Assembly (NCBI GenBank): GCA_050084985.1
Contig: JBITNC010000001.1
Span: 63,488,001-63,552,000 of the forward strand
Reading direction: 5' to 3'
DNA from: Nageia nagi
Lineage: Eukaryota; Plantae; Pinophyta
Length of the DNA: 64,000 nt
Part shown: positions 25,895 through 40,753 of the stretch, piece after piece
Layout: every line of letters starts with the position of its first letter
How positions within the stretch are numbered: position 1 is the stretch's first letter
Notes under the pieces: generated by a model
Told to the model about the DNA's origin: nothing
Database searches by the model: none
What the model saw: only the letters and a program-made list of their open reading frames with translations
Made by a program: the position numbers and the translations under genes

Positions 25895-28800
25895 ATTTGG
25901 TAATCATCATTGCTATTTACAATATCACTACGTTTCAACATCATTCATGATGTCATCAGAAGACAACAGCATCCATCACTGTAAGGTGGCGCTGGGATTT
26001 GGACCTTGATAGGTGTCCAAACACCCTAATGACCCAATCTGTCAGCCAAGGTCCCTGTGGCTTGTAAGAATATTATCAGAAATTGCATTTAGGAATCTGT
26101 TAAGGAGAGATAAATTCTATACTATACCTTCTTCTACTATAGTATGAAAATGTACGTGGTGACTAGATAACCATTTTCAGTAACTTCAGCGGTCATGGGG
26201 GGCTTTCTTTATTTGAAAAGCACAATATCCACAGTGCATGGAGGAAGAGCTCGAATCAGGTCTGCTGATTCCATTATCAAAATATATGGCAACTGCATTG
26301 AGGAATATCCACAAAATGAATAGAGGTGATAATATATGACTGCAACAAAGATGCTCCGATGTTTTGAACTCTATGAACACTATCATTCCATAAAAATATA
26401 TCTATTGAGATTAACCTGAAATATTCTACTTATAGGCATATAGTGATTTAAGAGAAACTCTATTGAGGCTGTTTGATCAACTGTTTCATGTCATGTGCAG
26501 AACATAAATGCTTTTGACTGTGAATCATCTTGCAGCATGCAAGCATATATTTAGTAGTAACTTTTAACTACTCTTGATCTCTGAACCTACAAAGGTTGTA
26601 TACATGGTAGTTCAAATTAAGAATTGCCAACTAGCCCTTTAATAATGCTCAAGGAATTCATGCAATTAACTTTTAATTTTAAATTCAATGTGTTGGTAAG
26701 AGATCCGTAAGGTCCTGCATGATTATAAATTTATATGATATACATTGGAAAAAATTCTCAATGAAAGTAAGGTAACAGCCTTACAGGTGAAAATTTTGAA
26801 CTTGCTTACAGGAAACAATGTCAAATAAGGAAAACTGCATTCCATTCAAGGAAATCAAACTTTCTCGTCATTTTTGTTTGATAATGAGAATTTTACTTTT
26901 ATCTCCCACATAAAATATAAGGATGTGAATTGATTCTGAATTCTATCCTTTAACATTTTCTTGGATATACAATAAGATACAATAAATATGACCTTAAAAA
27001 TAAGATAAAATTCAAAAAGAGTTTTCCTCTGCTTTGGGAAAGCTGTATTAAAGCCAATGATTTTTTTTACGAAATGGTGGTGTTGATATTTTTTGCGAAA
27101 TGGTGGTGCTCAAAGTCCATCACACAAGAAACTATTTGTACACATTTCCCAAATTTAATCACAGAAAAAAGAACAGTGTAAATTAAATACAAAAATTTCA
27201 TCCCACTAGTAACGCTCATATGTTATTAAGAATGTTTGTGAGAAATAGACAAAAGAGAGGGAGAACAGCAGCAAGGTCAATGCATTTTTTGTTCTTCATA
27301 TCCTTCATCACTTTGGTTGGGTAAACACTCCAAATGCCCAAAATGCTTTTTCTTTTTTTTTTAGCGTTTTACTTAATTGCCAAACATCCTCTTATTGCTT
27401 TAGCTCCTCCTTCAATGGTCTCATTAGGTCTTCCATCTTGGAGCCTCTCTCTGCAGGAAGCATCATTTGCCAAATTGTTGACAGCAAGCCTTATATTGTG
27501 TTGGCAAAGTTTTGTTTCTACCATGAATTCTACAAATAAAATCATTGGATCTTATAAAATCATTAGAGGTCATAAAATCATTAGACGAAATCAATAATGC
27601 ATCAATGCAATGATATCGACTTAAGATTGCTGATCCAGTATGCAGTGGAATGATTTCCAATGATTGCAAATAATGATCATATTCTCCTACATCTAACATC
27701 TATAAATACATCACAATATCATTCAGACTATACAACTTAGGCTAATATGGCATTGATCTAGATGGCAACATTGAGAAGATTTTCTTTGCATTAAGCCATA
27801 AATTGTAAATGCTTCATCCATTGTAAAGGTAAGTGTGTTGAAATTAGTGGCTACATAAATGATTAGAATTACATGACTTGAATGCTAGTTACATAGACAA
27901 TCTTGTTGTGAGAGCTTTTATTCAATGCTCTATGTGTCTACCTTGGTCGAGCATCTGTTGATTATTGAGCGAGCAACTTTGAGCAAAACCTGTGGCTGAA
28001 AGGTTATGGCACAAAACTTCAGTCGTGAGATCTGAAGAAAGTTGCAATCAAAACCTCGCTTGTGGATGGACCTTCTTAAAGGAAATCAACAATTGGAACA
28101 ATCGTGTGGATGATTTCATTTGTTGGTCTATGGTTAGAGTGAACAGGATCTAATATGCACACATTCTAATTCTTCATGTCATGGGTGGGTCAAAGGGAGA
28201 GTTAATTTGAACAGATCGATGGCTGGGAATTTGGTAAGGGAAATCTCAGACCTAGATCTTTAGATAACATGGAACCTTGACCATTTTAAGGGATAACACT
28301 TTCACTGTATTTATCTTATGATAGAGAATGACCTTCATTATACATCAGTCGCTGGTTATTTTGTGGTTAAGAAAGAAAAAATATATTAATGTCTGCGGGT
28401 GACCAAAAGCGATCAATGGGACTGTGAGGTACAAATGTATAAAGCAGCATGCAGGGCCCCTAGAGGTTCCTCACAAGAAACAAACTACGAGAGTGTTTTG
28501 AGCTTTATTGGAGAGGCAATTTCCATCCAAAATCTCAAACACTTGTTCAAGGTATCTCCTTGTCTCCTATGGGGATCCTAAGCTGCATTAGCACTCCCTT
28601 CCATACTTGTTTGGCAGTCCAAAACAATCATTACAGTAATGTTAGTATGCTTAGTGTCACGTAGCCTTTCACCATGAGATTGATCGAAATATTTTTGAAA
28701 AGCTATCTCTTTGTCTGCATTTAAAAGAGGCCTTCAAAGCAAAATGATAGTTGTGACTTGCGTAAGGTGAAACCAAAAAAAAATCATATTGCCAAAACCT

Positions 28801-29756
28801 TAGAATTCATGTTCTTCAGTTGAATTTAATTTCCCATTTTGTTTCTTGTTACCTTTCTGGTAACATAGGCAAGTATATATTAATCAAATTTCTTCAAAGG
28901 AAATACATAGTAAACCAGATTACAACTTGTAGTCAAGATTGTGCAATGCACACTTATTCTAGTAGGCGGTTCTTACTTTTACAACTCAAGCATACTAATG
29001 ATTGGACCCAATTTATCAGGTGTAAATTTCTAAGCTTAACTTGTAAGGCCTTGCACAAGAAGCTGTTATTTACATGATAAAATATCAACTACGTACACCT
29101 TTAGGGATTATATTGTTAAAATCCTTCATAGCAGCGTTTTTTCAACTATAATTTTAGTGGGAGCTTGCTTGTTTGCTCAGTCTGCTTATGCTTTCAATAC
29201 AAGAACATTGCTAAGTTTGCTTCGGGCCTTGTAATAAATAATTACATTCATTCTGAAGTTGTCCTTATAATAACTATGTAAACTTTATAGGCATATGATT
29301 GCATTCAACTATATTGTACATATGCTAATGAATACCTATGCCTCCTTGCACTTTAATTCTTTTTTGTTTTCTCAACATGTAAGACGCCCATGTGGAAGTT
29401 ATAATTATAAAGAGGTATTTTTGTTGTAATAAATAATATTTACACGGTGTCAAAAAAGTGGAGAGCTCTGCTTTGTGCTAGTCAAGTTACTTGGAAAGGG
29501 TTGCATTTGCATAATTCCAATTTTTTTTGTTTTGTGACTATAAAAGGATTTCCTCTGTCCTGGTTTGCATCTTTGTTATTGGCTAGTGGATGTTGTCCAC
29601 AGGCTTGTCTTGCTCTAATCTACACAAGTGACCATGGCCTCACAGAATGAATGCCAGACTATAAATGCTGTTCTTTTTTCTTTATCAAGATATTCTCTTC
29701 TGTATGCTGGAACTTTATATGTACATAGATGGTACAAATATCGAGTTTTGACTTAG

Positions 29757-30014
<258 letters not shown>

Positions 30015-31523
30015 TAAAATCAGTTAAGAGGTTCTGAGTTGTCTTTACATATAAAAAATGTATGCTATGTTCTAATGTTAACCTGTTGTTAGTAAAAGAA
30101 ATGCAACTAAAATTTAAAAAATTGAAATTACGACTAAAATGCCGTGATAAAATCTATTTTTAAAAATGTTTTAGACTATAACTTGAAACTTTCTAGATTA
30201 AGAATCCACTTTTTTTGGATAGCTATAAAAACAATACCAACATTTGTAAAGACAACTATTAATTCATGGTTGTTGTTACAGGCACACATAAAGAAACTTT
30301 TGTGAGAAGGTATGGATGCCAACTTTGTTTAGACTTTAGATGGACTGCCCAAGACTTGATTTACTTCAAGCTTGGTCAAAGGCTCAAAACCTGTTGGCAT
30401 GTAAATTTGAATTAATCAATAAAAGGTAAAGTACATTCCCACAAAGGGGTCTCTTATGCCTGTAAGTGTGTTGATGAGACTTTGACCTAAAGATTTGCTT
30501 TTTCCTGCATCTACTACCAATACTCTTTAACAAAAAACATTTTTTTTCAAAAGCTTACTGTACCTGCCATCAAATTCCTTTCGCTTCTTGTAAGGTCAAT
30601 TTATGGCAGGCAACTTACTTTTAATGATGACTGCATGATTTAGTTGTAATTGATTTACTGCTGAAGTTGACAGCATAGCAGAACCGATAGTTTCATAATT
30701 GATGACTAATTTTGTCAGTTATCCTTCATAATCACTACCTGAGTGCATAACTGCATAAAAATAATCGTATGACTACATAGAAACTAACAAAAAGAGTTTT
30801 TTCTTTCTTCAAGGTCATGAGATCGACCCTTATTGAATTGCTGCTCGCAAAGTAGTTGGATGTTAAAGTAACTTGTGGTGTCCTTTGAAGGAGGATTGCC
30901 TTCTAAATAATGTTTCTTCACAAGATTGCTTTTATCAACTTTACCTTCCCAGATTTCCAATATACTCTCTGGTATGATAATAACACATTTCATTATGTAG
31001 AGGTGGTAAATTGTTTGAAAGTTTTAACCTTTTTATTTTAGGTATGAAATATGAAGTCTTATGCATTTTTGACATCTATTTGACAGCTCAAGCATATTAG
31101 GTAATCAGTCCTACCCTTGGTAGGACTTTATAGGTACCATTGTATTTAAATGCAAGTTTCTCCACCTCTTTTCCCTCGAGGGCTTTTGTTAGTAAGGCAG
31201 AATCTTAAGAAGACCCAATCTTGCTCTTCAAATACTCATTCGCTATTGGTGTAGGCATGTTGTGACCAAGGCTTATTTTGACCAGCTGCTTGGACTAGCC
31301 CATAGAATCAGAGAGTTTTGTCCATGCTTTTGTAAATATATGTGGTGCTACTAGAGCCATAAAAGTATAAAAAGGTGTGGTTGTTGTAGAACTGTTTTAA
31401 TTGAAGTAAGGCACCCTCGGAATATGTCATCTGTGGGTTGAATGCTAGATACAAAGATGCAGTTCTTTCAAGTGAAGATCTCCAAACTCCTTGGATATTT
31501 TTTTTGTGAGAGAGGGGCTACCA

Positions 31524-31803
31524 AGATAAGCTACATGAATGAAGAACATTTTAAACTAATGATATTCAAAATTTGTTCTTCGAGTTGCAGGCTAGTGTTG
31601 AAGAAGACAATTTGAGATGTCTTTGTTGATGACTCGGCTTGATACTTTAGAGTAGATTTCCAGATAAGCTACAGGAAGGGAAGAACATTTTAAACTAATG
31701 ATATTCAAAATATTCTCCGAGTTGCAAGCAAGTGTTGAAGAAGTCAATTTGAGATGTCTTTGTTGATGGTTCGGCCTGATACGTTAGAGTAGATTTCAAG
31801 ATA
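31524..31803. repeat. Tandem duplication, 138-bp unit x2 (ADSL intron 2)
   Basis: agataagctaca...gaagaacattttaaactaatgatattcaaaa at 31524 and 31662. Confidence 0.9.
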
Positions 31804-32633
31804 TCTACTCAGGATCAAAATCAAGACTTCCCTTTGCCTAAGCAGTTGCCAATAGAGTTGTATCTACTGCAGCTGTAGATGAGATGAGGGTTGAATTATC
31901 TGTTAACTCTGAAGCCTTGCCAAAGTCCTACCTATCCCTTCAGGGAGGATGATGAAAAGGTAGGGGAAGATAGGTTCTCCCTGTCTGATCCCTCTAGAAG
32001 CTTGAAGCAGCATGGATGGAGTACCATTTACAATGCTGAGATTGAAATTGAAGAAAAGCAAGCTATAACCCATTCCTCCCAGTTGCTAGAGAAGCCAAAT
32101 TTTCTCATATTTCATCATAAAAAGTTTCAATCTACTGTGTCATATAATTTAGACATATCAACTTAAATAAATATTGATAAAAGTTCATAAACATATCGAC
32201 TATTTTCTATTGAATTTCTTGTATAAGTGATAAAAGTTCATGCAAACTTCAACCAAGTTGTATTGGCTATATGCTCATGGCATCAATATTTGCAAAACCA
32301 CAACATAAAACTCAGAGCGGAGCTCATAATTGTCAATGAAAAATAAATCTTTTGGCCCACAGCACATGCCAATTCAGCATAAGCACTAATTGTGGGTATT
32401 GATTGGATGAGTATGTGCAATTTTAGACATTCCCATGACATTGCTTCTTATACTCAAGGTTTGATGGTGATTCCCACCAAGGCAACAAGGGAGATCATTT
32501 GAACCACTGAGGGTTCTCGCCTCTCCTATTGGCCATAAACAACAATTGTAATAAGATCTATCATTTGAATGTTTGAAGTGGATCCGTCTATAGAGTGACT
32601 CCAAGGACTTACAAAGCCTCCATTTGTTGAATG

Positions 32634-35538
32634 TTTTTTTTTTGATTAGAGTGGAGGAATGGATTCTTGAAGAAAGGAATCCTACCCTTTTATATTAAAC
32701 CTGATAAAACTTGTAAGCTCATGAACGAAACAGGGCCTGCAACTGCCCACAAAAAGACCAAGGCCTGGCTATAGGCACCACGCTTATTCTCAAACAGAGA
32801 AAACTACAACATCTACTTCCCATTATTGGCCAATTTTTCATGGAAAGCATTCTTACCATCAACTCCTCCATTTGGATGGCGGATCACAACATACCCATAG
32901 CCATGCTGATGCGCTGATCTGAGCTGGTTTCCAGAGGTGTTTCAGGGGTTGGATACTCCTCTTCGGCCGCATCCACTATCAACCCGCGTTTGCTTCAGGG
33001 ACCTCTTTCTTTCTCACGGGAGACTCCTCTTCCTAGGGCTCAAAACCTCTAGAGGGTTCCTCTTTGGTGCTTTTTGCATCAGTCTCTGAAACTTCTAAAT
33101 AAACAACACCCTTTTTTGGCTCTTCCTATTACAATAGTGATGAGCATCCGCTTCCCTAGGCATCCATTCCATATCTTTGACTTTGATTTTCTTCTTCACC
33201 TTCGGGTTGACCGGTTTGGTTCCACATGCCTTTTCTCTTCCACAATCCTACAGATAGGAGAAAACCATACATTGTCTACTTTTCCTTTTTTTGAGCGACA
33301 TGTTTTAAAAGAATCAACGTCAGGCCCTGGTGATGATTCCTTACACCTCTTTTTTGGAAATCCTCTACCACCTTGTTGAGTTCCCCATATAAGAATTGCT
33401 GGGATGTTCATCTTAGCAACTTGAGATGGTTGAGGCAACCAAAATGGAAACTCCTCACCCAACTAATTGATGAGTTGAGTGAAATAACGCATGATGACAA
33501 GAGCCACCTTCGACCATGGTTGCGGCAAAGCCTTCTTAGCAACCCCATGTTTCTCTTTGGTTAATTCTAGCTCCCCTTGCAAAATTTGAGCTGTTCCAAT
33601 TACAGACTATGGTTGTCCTTAGAATGATCTCCCCTAGGACTTTGAAACTAGTAACTTCAGCCAACAAAGCTTGTTTGACCTCTATTTTAACCCCAAGGAC
33701 CTCAACATTGCCCCTTTTACATATTGTGACGAATTGCTTGCTACACCTTCATCAAATCACTCAAATTTCAAGAGGAACTAGAGGAAAGCTTCATTTTCCA
33801 GCACAAATGTGTCTGTGACATCCCCCTTGCACAATTGTAAACAATTCTGGAATCCAACGGATTCCCCTTTTTGTATTATATTTAATTATTTAATTGTGCT
33901 AACTTGGGATAGAAGACTTAATGGGTCATTGGACCCCATTGTGAGCCCAAGTGGGACATCTTCCTCCCAAGTGTAGATTAGGTGTTTTAATGTACTTGGA
34001 GATCCCAATACATGATTGTGGGAATCCCAAGGTCTGTTTAACACTTAATGGATGGATGAGCACTTAATGGCCCCAATGAGATTGGGAGCACTTGTACACA
34101 TGCACCATCCATGGGGAGACTTCTAGACCCCCACGTTGGCCCATGACACCCACGTTGCCGCCTTAGATGCCCACGCATGCCTCCTAGACCCACGCATGCA
34201 TTCTTGGACCCACTTGGAGCATAGGGGAGGCCCAAATACCCATGTTGGACTTGGAATGCTTCCTTGGTGCCAACGTTGGGGCTTGAGGGGATTGGGTGAT
34301 GACATTAAAGTGCAATCTAGATCCGGGAAAGCTATATTAGCCCTTTGAACCTGATTTTCTAGATATGTTGAATTATTGATTATTGCTTATACCATTCGCG
34401 GGATAGAAGTCTTAGCGCAACGCTAAGCAAGATTCCTAGGTGCAACGAGGATTAGCAGGTTGGGATCTTGTTAGTCTACAGCTTTGGTGTAGGACCCTAG
34501 TCCATCCGGTGGTATTCCGAGGTTTGAGCTTCTACCTTTAGTGGTTGCTAGGATTTGAGGAGGGCTCCTTTGGTGGAGAGGAATCAGGTTCTAAGGAAGC
34601 AAGACTGTTCCATTCATCATCTGTCCATCTAGCAGTGAGAAACACATGTTGTGCCCTAGTTGGCTCCTTAGAGGCCAATGTCCATCCTTGGGGGCTTGGT
34701 ATTGTATCTGAATCATTTCTATATCATTTATATAGCCGTTGGGCATTTGGATCTCATGTTATATTGTGTACTTGTCCATTATTGCAACGTTGTGGTATTA
34801 TTGTCCATCTATGCATGTTGTAGCCAGACGTTGGCATTGTGAGATTGTAATTGCTTGTATCTTGCACTCTAACCCTAATGTTGGCAAATTGAGGTGTTGA
34901 ATGCATGTTTATGCCCTTCTAGGCCATACATGGGTGTTGGCTTGAAGGAATTTGCTTGCTTGTTTGAGAAATTGCATTAGTGCTTTTACAATGTCTCCTC
35001 ACTACACTGAAGCTTTGTGGGCTCGAGACGAGCTTCCTTTGGAGCTTTTAACTGACATTTCACAGTAATTCCCAGAGCCAAATTTGTGCAAAAAAAAACT
35101 TGCAGAAAAGGAGCACCTTGTTAGTATATAAAACTTCCCGAATCAGTCCTCCAGTTCTCCACCACCTGTGAGGCGTGTGGAAAAACCATGCAATGCCATG
35201 ACGCTTTCTTGGGAGCGTGTGAGATCTTGGAGGAGTCCACGACCCTGCTTCATCCTCCCTCATACCGCCACCTCAACTATCCATGTAGAGCCAACATGCT
35301 GAAGTCTCCCCCCGCTGTCTACTAGACCAACCGAAAAGGCAGATGATGCCCCATGGGATCCACAAATCTTGGCTGCCGCAAGAGACATGTGATTTCAGTA
35401 AACTCAAAGTCAGTGCCAAAAGGACTTGAGATCTTTTAGCAAGCTGCCTAAGATTTATCAACTGCCAGCTAAGCCCTCTAAACCCATGAAGGACTAGCGA
35501 CACCACTTGCTCCGAATATCCTCGGATAGCCAGCCTGG
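32634..35538 (-). mobile_element. 5'-truncated LINE-type insertion in intron 2, split by a solo LTR
   Basis: Poly-T at 32634-32643; perfect 13-bp TSD catttgttgaatg at 32621-32633 and 35539-35551; RNase H-like remnant (W.PP...GGLIR) on the minus strand. Confidence 0.85.
33814..34990 (+). mobile_element. Solo LTR (1177 bp), related to the LTRs at 54950-56710 and 59775-60562
   Basis: TGTGACA...TTTTACA; TSD gtgtc/atgtc; shared blocks with the reverse complement of the 54950 LTR (gttgtgccctagttggctccttagaggccaa; aacttgggatagaa; cttcctcccaag). Confidence 0.85.
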
Positions 35539-36154
35539 CATTTGTTGAATGACTATTGAATAACTGATAGGTAATTAATTTACCTCTAGATTCCTGCATA
35601 ACTGATGAGAATAGGTCTTATTCCCAAAATTCAAATTTGAGTGGATAAATGGCACAAGAATTTGATATCTGTAAAGTCTTGCTGATGACTAACACCAAAG
35701 GTGGCTTTTTCCTTTAAGCATCGTGACATTCTATCGGATCTTCAAATTTCTAGATGGTGCCAATGGATCTTTCTATTTATTTGGTGTATATTAATAATTT
35801 AGATAGGGATGCTGAATGGCAAGTGATAAAATCACAAACATAAAATTATAAAATGGACAAGTACAAAAATTCTAGAAAAGTACTTGCTTGATAATGATTT
35901 GCCACTTTTAACTCTAACATTAGCAGTTGAAAATTATCAATGCAGAATTATGCTTGTAATCTCTTTAAAATGTAGAGCACTACACTTTTGAAAGAGGAAA
36001 GATAAACTCATTCAGCTCTGTTCAAAGCCAAAGCTATCGGCTTTTTGTGTTCAATGCTGTGGAGCTCAATAACTGACAGGTGAGAGGGAGGAAAAAAGTA
36101 TCGCATAAAAATTCATGAACAGAGGGTATAGAATTTATTAAAAGAAAAACGTAG

Positions 36155-36156
<2 letters not shown>

Positions 36157-36191
<35 letters not shown>
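36157..36191. repeat. (AT)n microsatellite
   Basis: About 17 AT units. Confidence 0.9.
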
Positions 36192-36194
<3 letters not shown>

Positions 36195-36699
36195 CAACAA
36201 CCTCTTGGTCTTCTTTTAGGAAATTGGAAGGCAGAGGGTATAACGTAGTGCAAGATTAACTGCATTGTTTTTTCCTTGAATAATAAAACAAGGTCATAAA
36301 AAATGATTTACATAAAGATAAAAGAATAAGCAATCGGAAATGCGCTACGGGTTTTGATTATAGTCAATTAGAGAGGAAGAAAGCTGGTTATGGCAGCATG
36401 AAATCATCACCTTTCTTTTACTTGTATTTATTAATAAATTGCATCTATCTAGTGACATCTAGAGTTGTGTCCATCAGGTTATATGGCAATAGAGCCCTTT
36501 TTCAATTCTATCTGGCTGTGTATATATTGGAATTGATGGTATTGATGGTATGAGATTTGTGTTTTCAGTAATATTCATTTCAATTAAGTTCACGTGATAC
36601 TTGTTCTCATGTGTTTACTCATTTTTGCAAATCTATATTTGTAAGAACTATTCAGGTTTAAATGATCGGCCATAAATGACTTTGCTTGTCCTTTGGCAG

Positions 36700-36915
36700 G
36701 TTCAGTGGTTGCTTAAATTATCTCAAATTCCTGAAATCACAGAAGTCGCCAATTTCAGCAATGAAGGCAGATCATATTTAGAAGACATTGCCAAGAATTT
36801 TAATGTTGAGGATGCTTGTGAAGTGAAAAGAGTGGAGAGTGTGACAAATCATGATGTGAAGGCAGTTGAGTATGTTTTGAAAAAGAAGTGCCAGGCCCAT
36901 TCAGAACTGTCTAAG
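36700..36915 (+). CDS. purB: Adenylosuccinate lyase exon 3
   Basis: ggcag|; VQWLLKLSQIPEITEV...VESVTNHDVKAVEY...ELSK; |gtcgat. Confidence 0.95.
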
Positions 36916-37593
36916 GTCGATCTCTTATGCTTTTGATATATTTGGCACTTTATGGATTTTTTGATATTGCTATGTATGTGTGTTTTCTTTCGTTTTTTAG
37001 GCTCATAATTTCACCTTAATTATCTATCAATCACATCATGAATTTATTATAGAGTACTTTGATAAATTTTTAGTTAGTTTGCCTTTTTAAGTTTTTAGCT
37101 TTTTTTTTTTTTCAAATGAGGGCATTTTGGCGTACTAAAAGGTTTGCTTTGATGAAGGATCACACTGTATAATCTATTTTTCTAGGTTATTTGGAATTAT
37201 GCATATACAGTATGCAAAGACTAAGTTTAGTGATAGGAATTGCTTGCTTCTCGTTTCGCAATATTATGTCGATGTTCTCTGTTTTCTTTCATCAGATTAG
37301 TTGTAATGTTTGCCAAGTGAAATTGTTTGTTGGATTTGTATACACATATTTGATAGTTGGATTTGCTCGTAATAGGCTAATCTATATAGAAAGTATTAGA
37401 TCAGGACAGGCATCAAATATGCATGTGGATAAATACATAACTTCTTGGTAGTTGAATTCATCATGGAGGGTGAAATCTATTACAAGGGAGACTGAAAAGA
37501 TCAATTAATTTAAGTTGTGAAGGCCCCATCATGTAGAACTTGTGATTGTAAATATAAATGGCCATTTGCCTTTTGCAGTCTGTTGCATTTTAA

Positions 37594-37860
<267 letters not shown>

Positions 37861-39501
37861 TGAATATCTTAATGGCAATAAATACATTCATGTTTGGGTA
37901 ACCTTTCGTTTCTTAATATTACCTGTATTTTAACAAAGTGAGAATTTCTGCTTCTAAATCACAAATTATGCCAAACACCTAGAATTTTCTCATGCAAAAT
38001 GTAAGTAGATTATTACATGTGGTCAGTGGAGTATCATGTGCGTTATAATTAACAACATTATGCATAGAGTATCAAACGTATTTTACCAGTAGTTGAGAAA
38101 CTTTTGGAATCAACTCTATGCAAGAAATTAAGGAATGGACGTTAGATCACATTATATAATCCATCATCAATTAAGGATTTGAGTGCAATATCCCTATATG
38201 TTAATAGTGATCAATCGTCAGGGATTCAGGATACATTTGAGAATTGGATTGTAAGATCCCTATAATATAATTAGTCAAGTGGGTCCCAACTTGAAAATAT
38301 TTAATTTAATTCAACGTTTAAATTTAATTTACGTGGAAATGACAATATCTGAAGAGTGTTTAGCATTGCAATATCATAATAAAATATTCAATATAAAAAT
38401 AGCATATTGAAAGAGGTTGTCAATGATTTGGTGCGGTTGCTGCAAGTGGAGTTAGTGAGCTAGAGGGAAGCACATATCTATTTCAGTCCTCTATTTTTCC
38501 TCCTAGAGTCAAACACTTTGATATTATTTTTTGAATGCTTTTTCTATAAGATTGTCAAATAAACTTGCATCCTAAGCATGCAAATGGTTTGCAATATTTT
38601 CTTTACTCTTCTGCAGGTGTCAACTTTCATCTTTTCAAGGTTCATACCTATTGAACTGATCAGGCTATATGTGAGAAAACACTTTGTAGAATTGTGATGT
38701 TCTAGATCAGTTGTCATCGACTTCTAAAACCCTCCTAAAGATTGTGTTTTTTTAAGTTTTGTTTTTTCATTAAATGCTCTACAGTGTGGTGTTTGTGAAG
38801 GAACAGCAGCATTGGATACTCATGTATCAAGAAAAATTATGATGGTCTCTTGGTAATTGCCGAAAAATATTGGGCATTTTTTCTTCGATAACTATTTTTG
38901 TTCTAAGCCTGGATGTTCTACCCCGGACCTGTTCTTCAACTTGCAGGGAAGAGCCTAGTTGGAATTTGCACTTTTCTAGGATTTGCTCAGTCTTGCTTTC
39001 TTATTCCAGGACACTTTCCCATGCCATTATCGACTGGGCTTATATTGACATTTCTTCATCAGTTTTTAAAGATAAAATACTAGAATTTCATAAGAATTGT
39101 TGCATTTTTATACCAACATGGTCCTCCTTGAAAAATTCTTTGCCTTTCATTTTCTTTCTCAGTTTCCAGTGTAAAATAGTCTCTTGGACATTGATCTCAT
39201 ACTAACCTTGTGTAAACCTGTTCCTACGAGCCCATTCATATATATCATCTAGGAATAACTGATATCCAAAAATGCACAGGTAATTCTTTTTAAGCGAGGT
39301 GGAACATATCTCCACTCTTGACAAGCTTCACGACATGACAACTAGATCTGCAGACCATTTCATTGGTCAACTTCTTCTTTCCTGATGCATAAATCATTTG
39401 ATTAAATAAAACTTGTGTTAAATCGACTTGAAGATTTAAAGATTCATAACCATTTTTCATTTTTCTGGTATTCAAGGCATAAAAAGGTTGGTGGGTTCCG
39501 G

Positions 39502-39791
39502 AATCATGCACTAAACTCATATTATATTTGTGATTGTGTTCAACTTGATGCAAGCAAATGGCTGAATAATCTTGATATTGACTAGCAAGAGAATTTCACT
39601 TGGGATAAACTTTTGGGACCTTTCCTTGGAAAATGGTTAATGATGCAATCATGCACTAAACTCATATTATATTTGTGATTGTGTTCAAGTTGATGCAAGC
39701 AAATGGCTGAATGATCCTGATATTGACTAGCAAGAGAATTTCATTTGGGATAAACTTGTGGGACCTTTCCTTGGAAAATAGTTACTGATGC
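39502..39791. repeat. Tandem duplication, 145-bp unit x2 (ADSL intron 4)
   Basis: aatcatgcactaaactcatattatatttgtg... at 39502 and 39647. Confidence 0.9.
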
Positions 39792-40372
39792 ATTCATCTA
39801 ACTTGTGGATATTTATTTGATATGAGATACATTAAGAAATCATGATCTTGAAATCCAAGAGCTCATTTTTTTAATGTAATTTTTGTTGCAAATTAGTAAT
39901 TTAAATATTGAAGTATGTTTTAATGTAGTTAATGTTTCAAATTGAGTTTTGGCATTTTAAAGTAAATAATGGTTTTAAATTAAGATTATTGATATAATGT
40001 TTGTTGCGATTGAGGATTTCATACATCATTTAAATTCTAAATGGTTGTGAAGACACTAATTTATATTGTACTTGAATAATATCTTTTCCCTTGATTTATT
40101 TAAAATATGGTTTATTCTATCGAAAAATGTTTTTACATTATAATATGGTACAGATAGTACATGAGCAAAGGATTGCATAATGATAGTGATCTGATTCCCA
40201 CATAGACTTTAGCTTAATGAGTAAACTTCGCTAATGGATTTCTTAACTGTTTGAGAAATGGTCTCATTGATTATAACAAATTCATTGGGTTCAATTGTTT
40301 GATTAATCATCCCATAAATTAGCATTTTCTTTTGGCTGGAAACAATAGGTGAATAGACATAATCTGATCTGA

Positions 40373-40753
<381 letters not shown>

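Noticed and set aside
38250-38630. Small solo LTR in intron 4
   Set aside because: TGTAAG start and a possible ..TTTCA end, but no matching TSD or second copy in the window.
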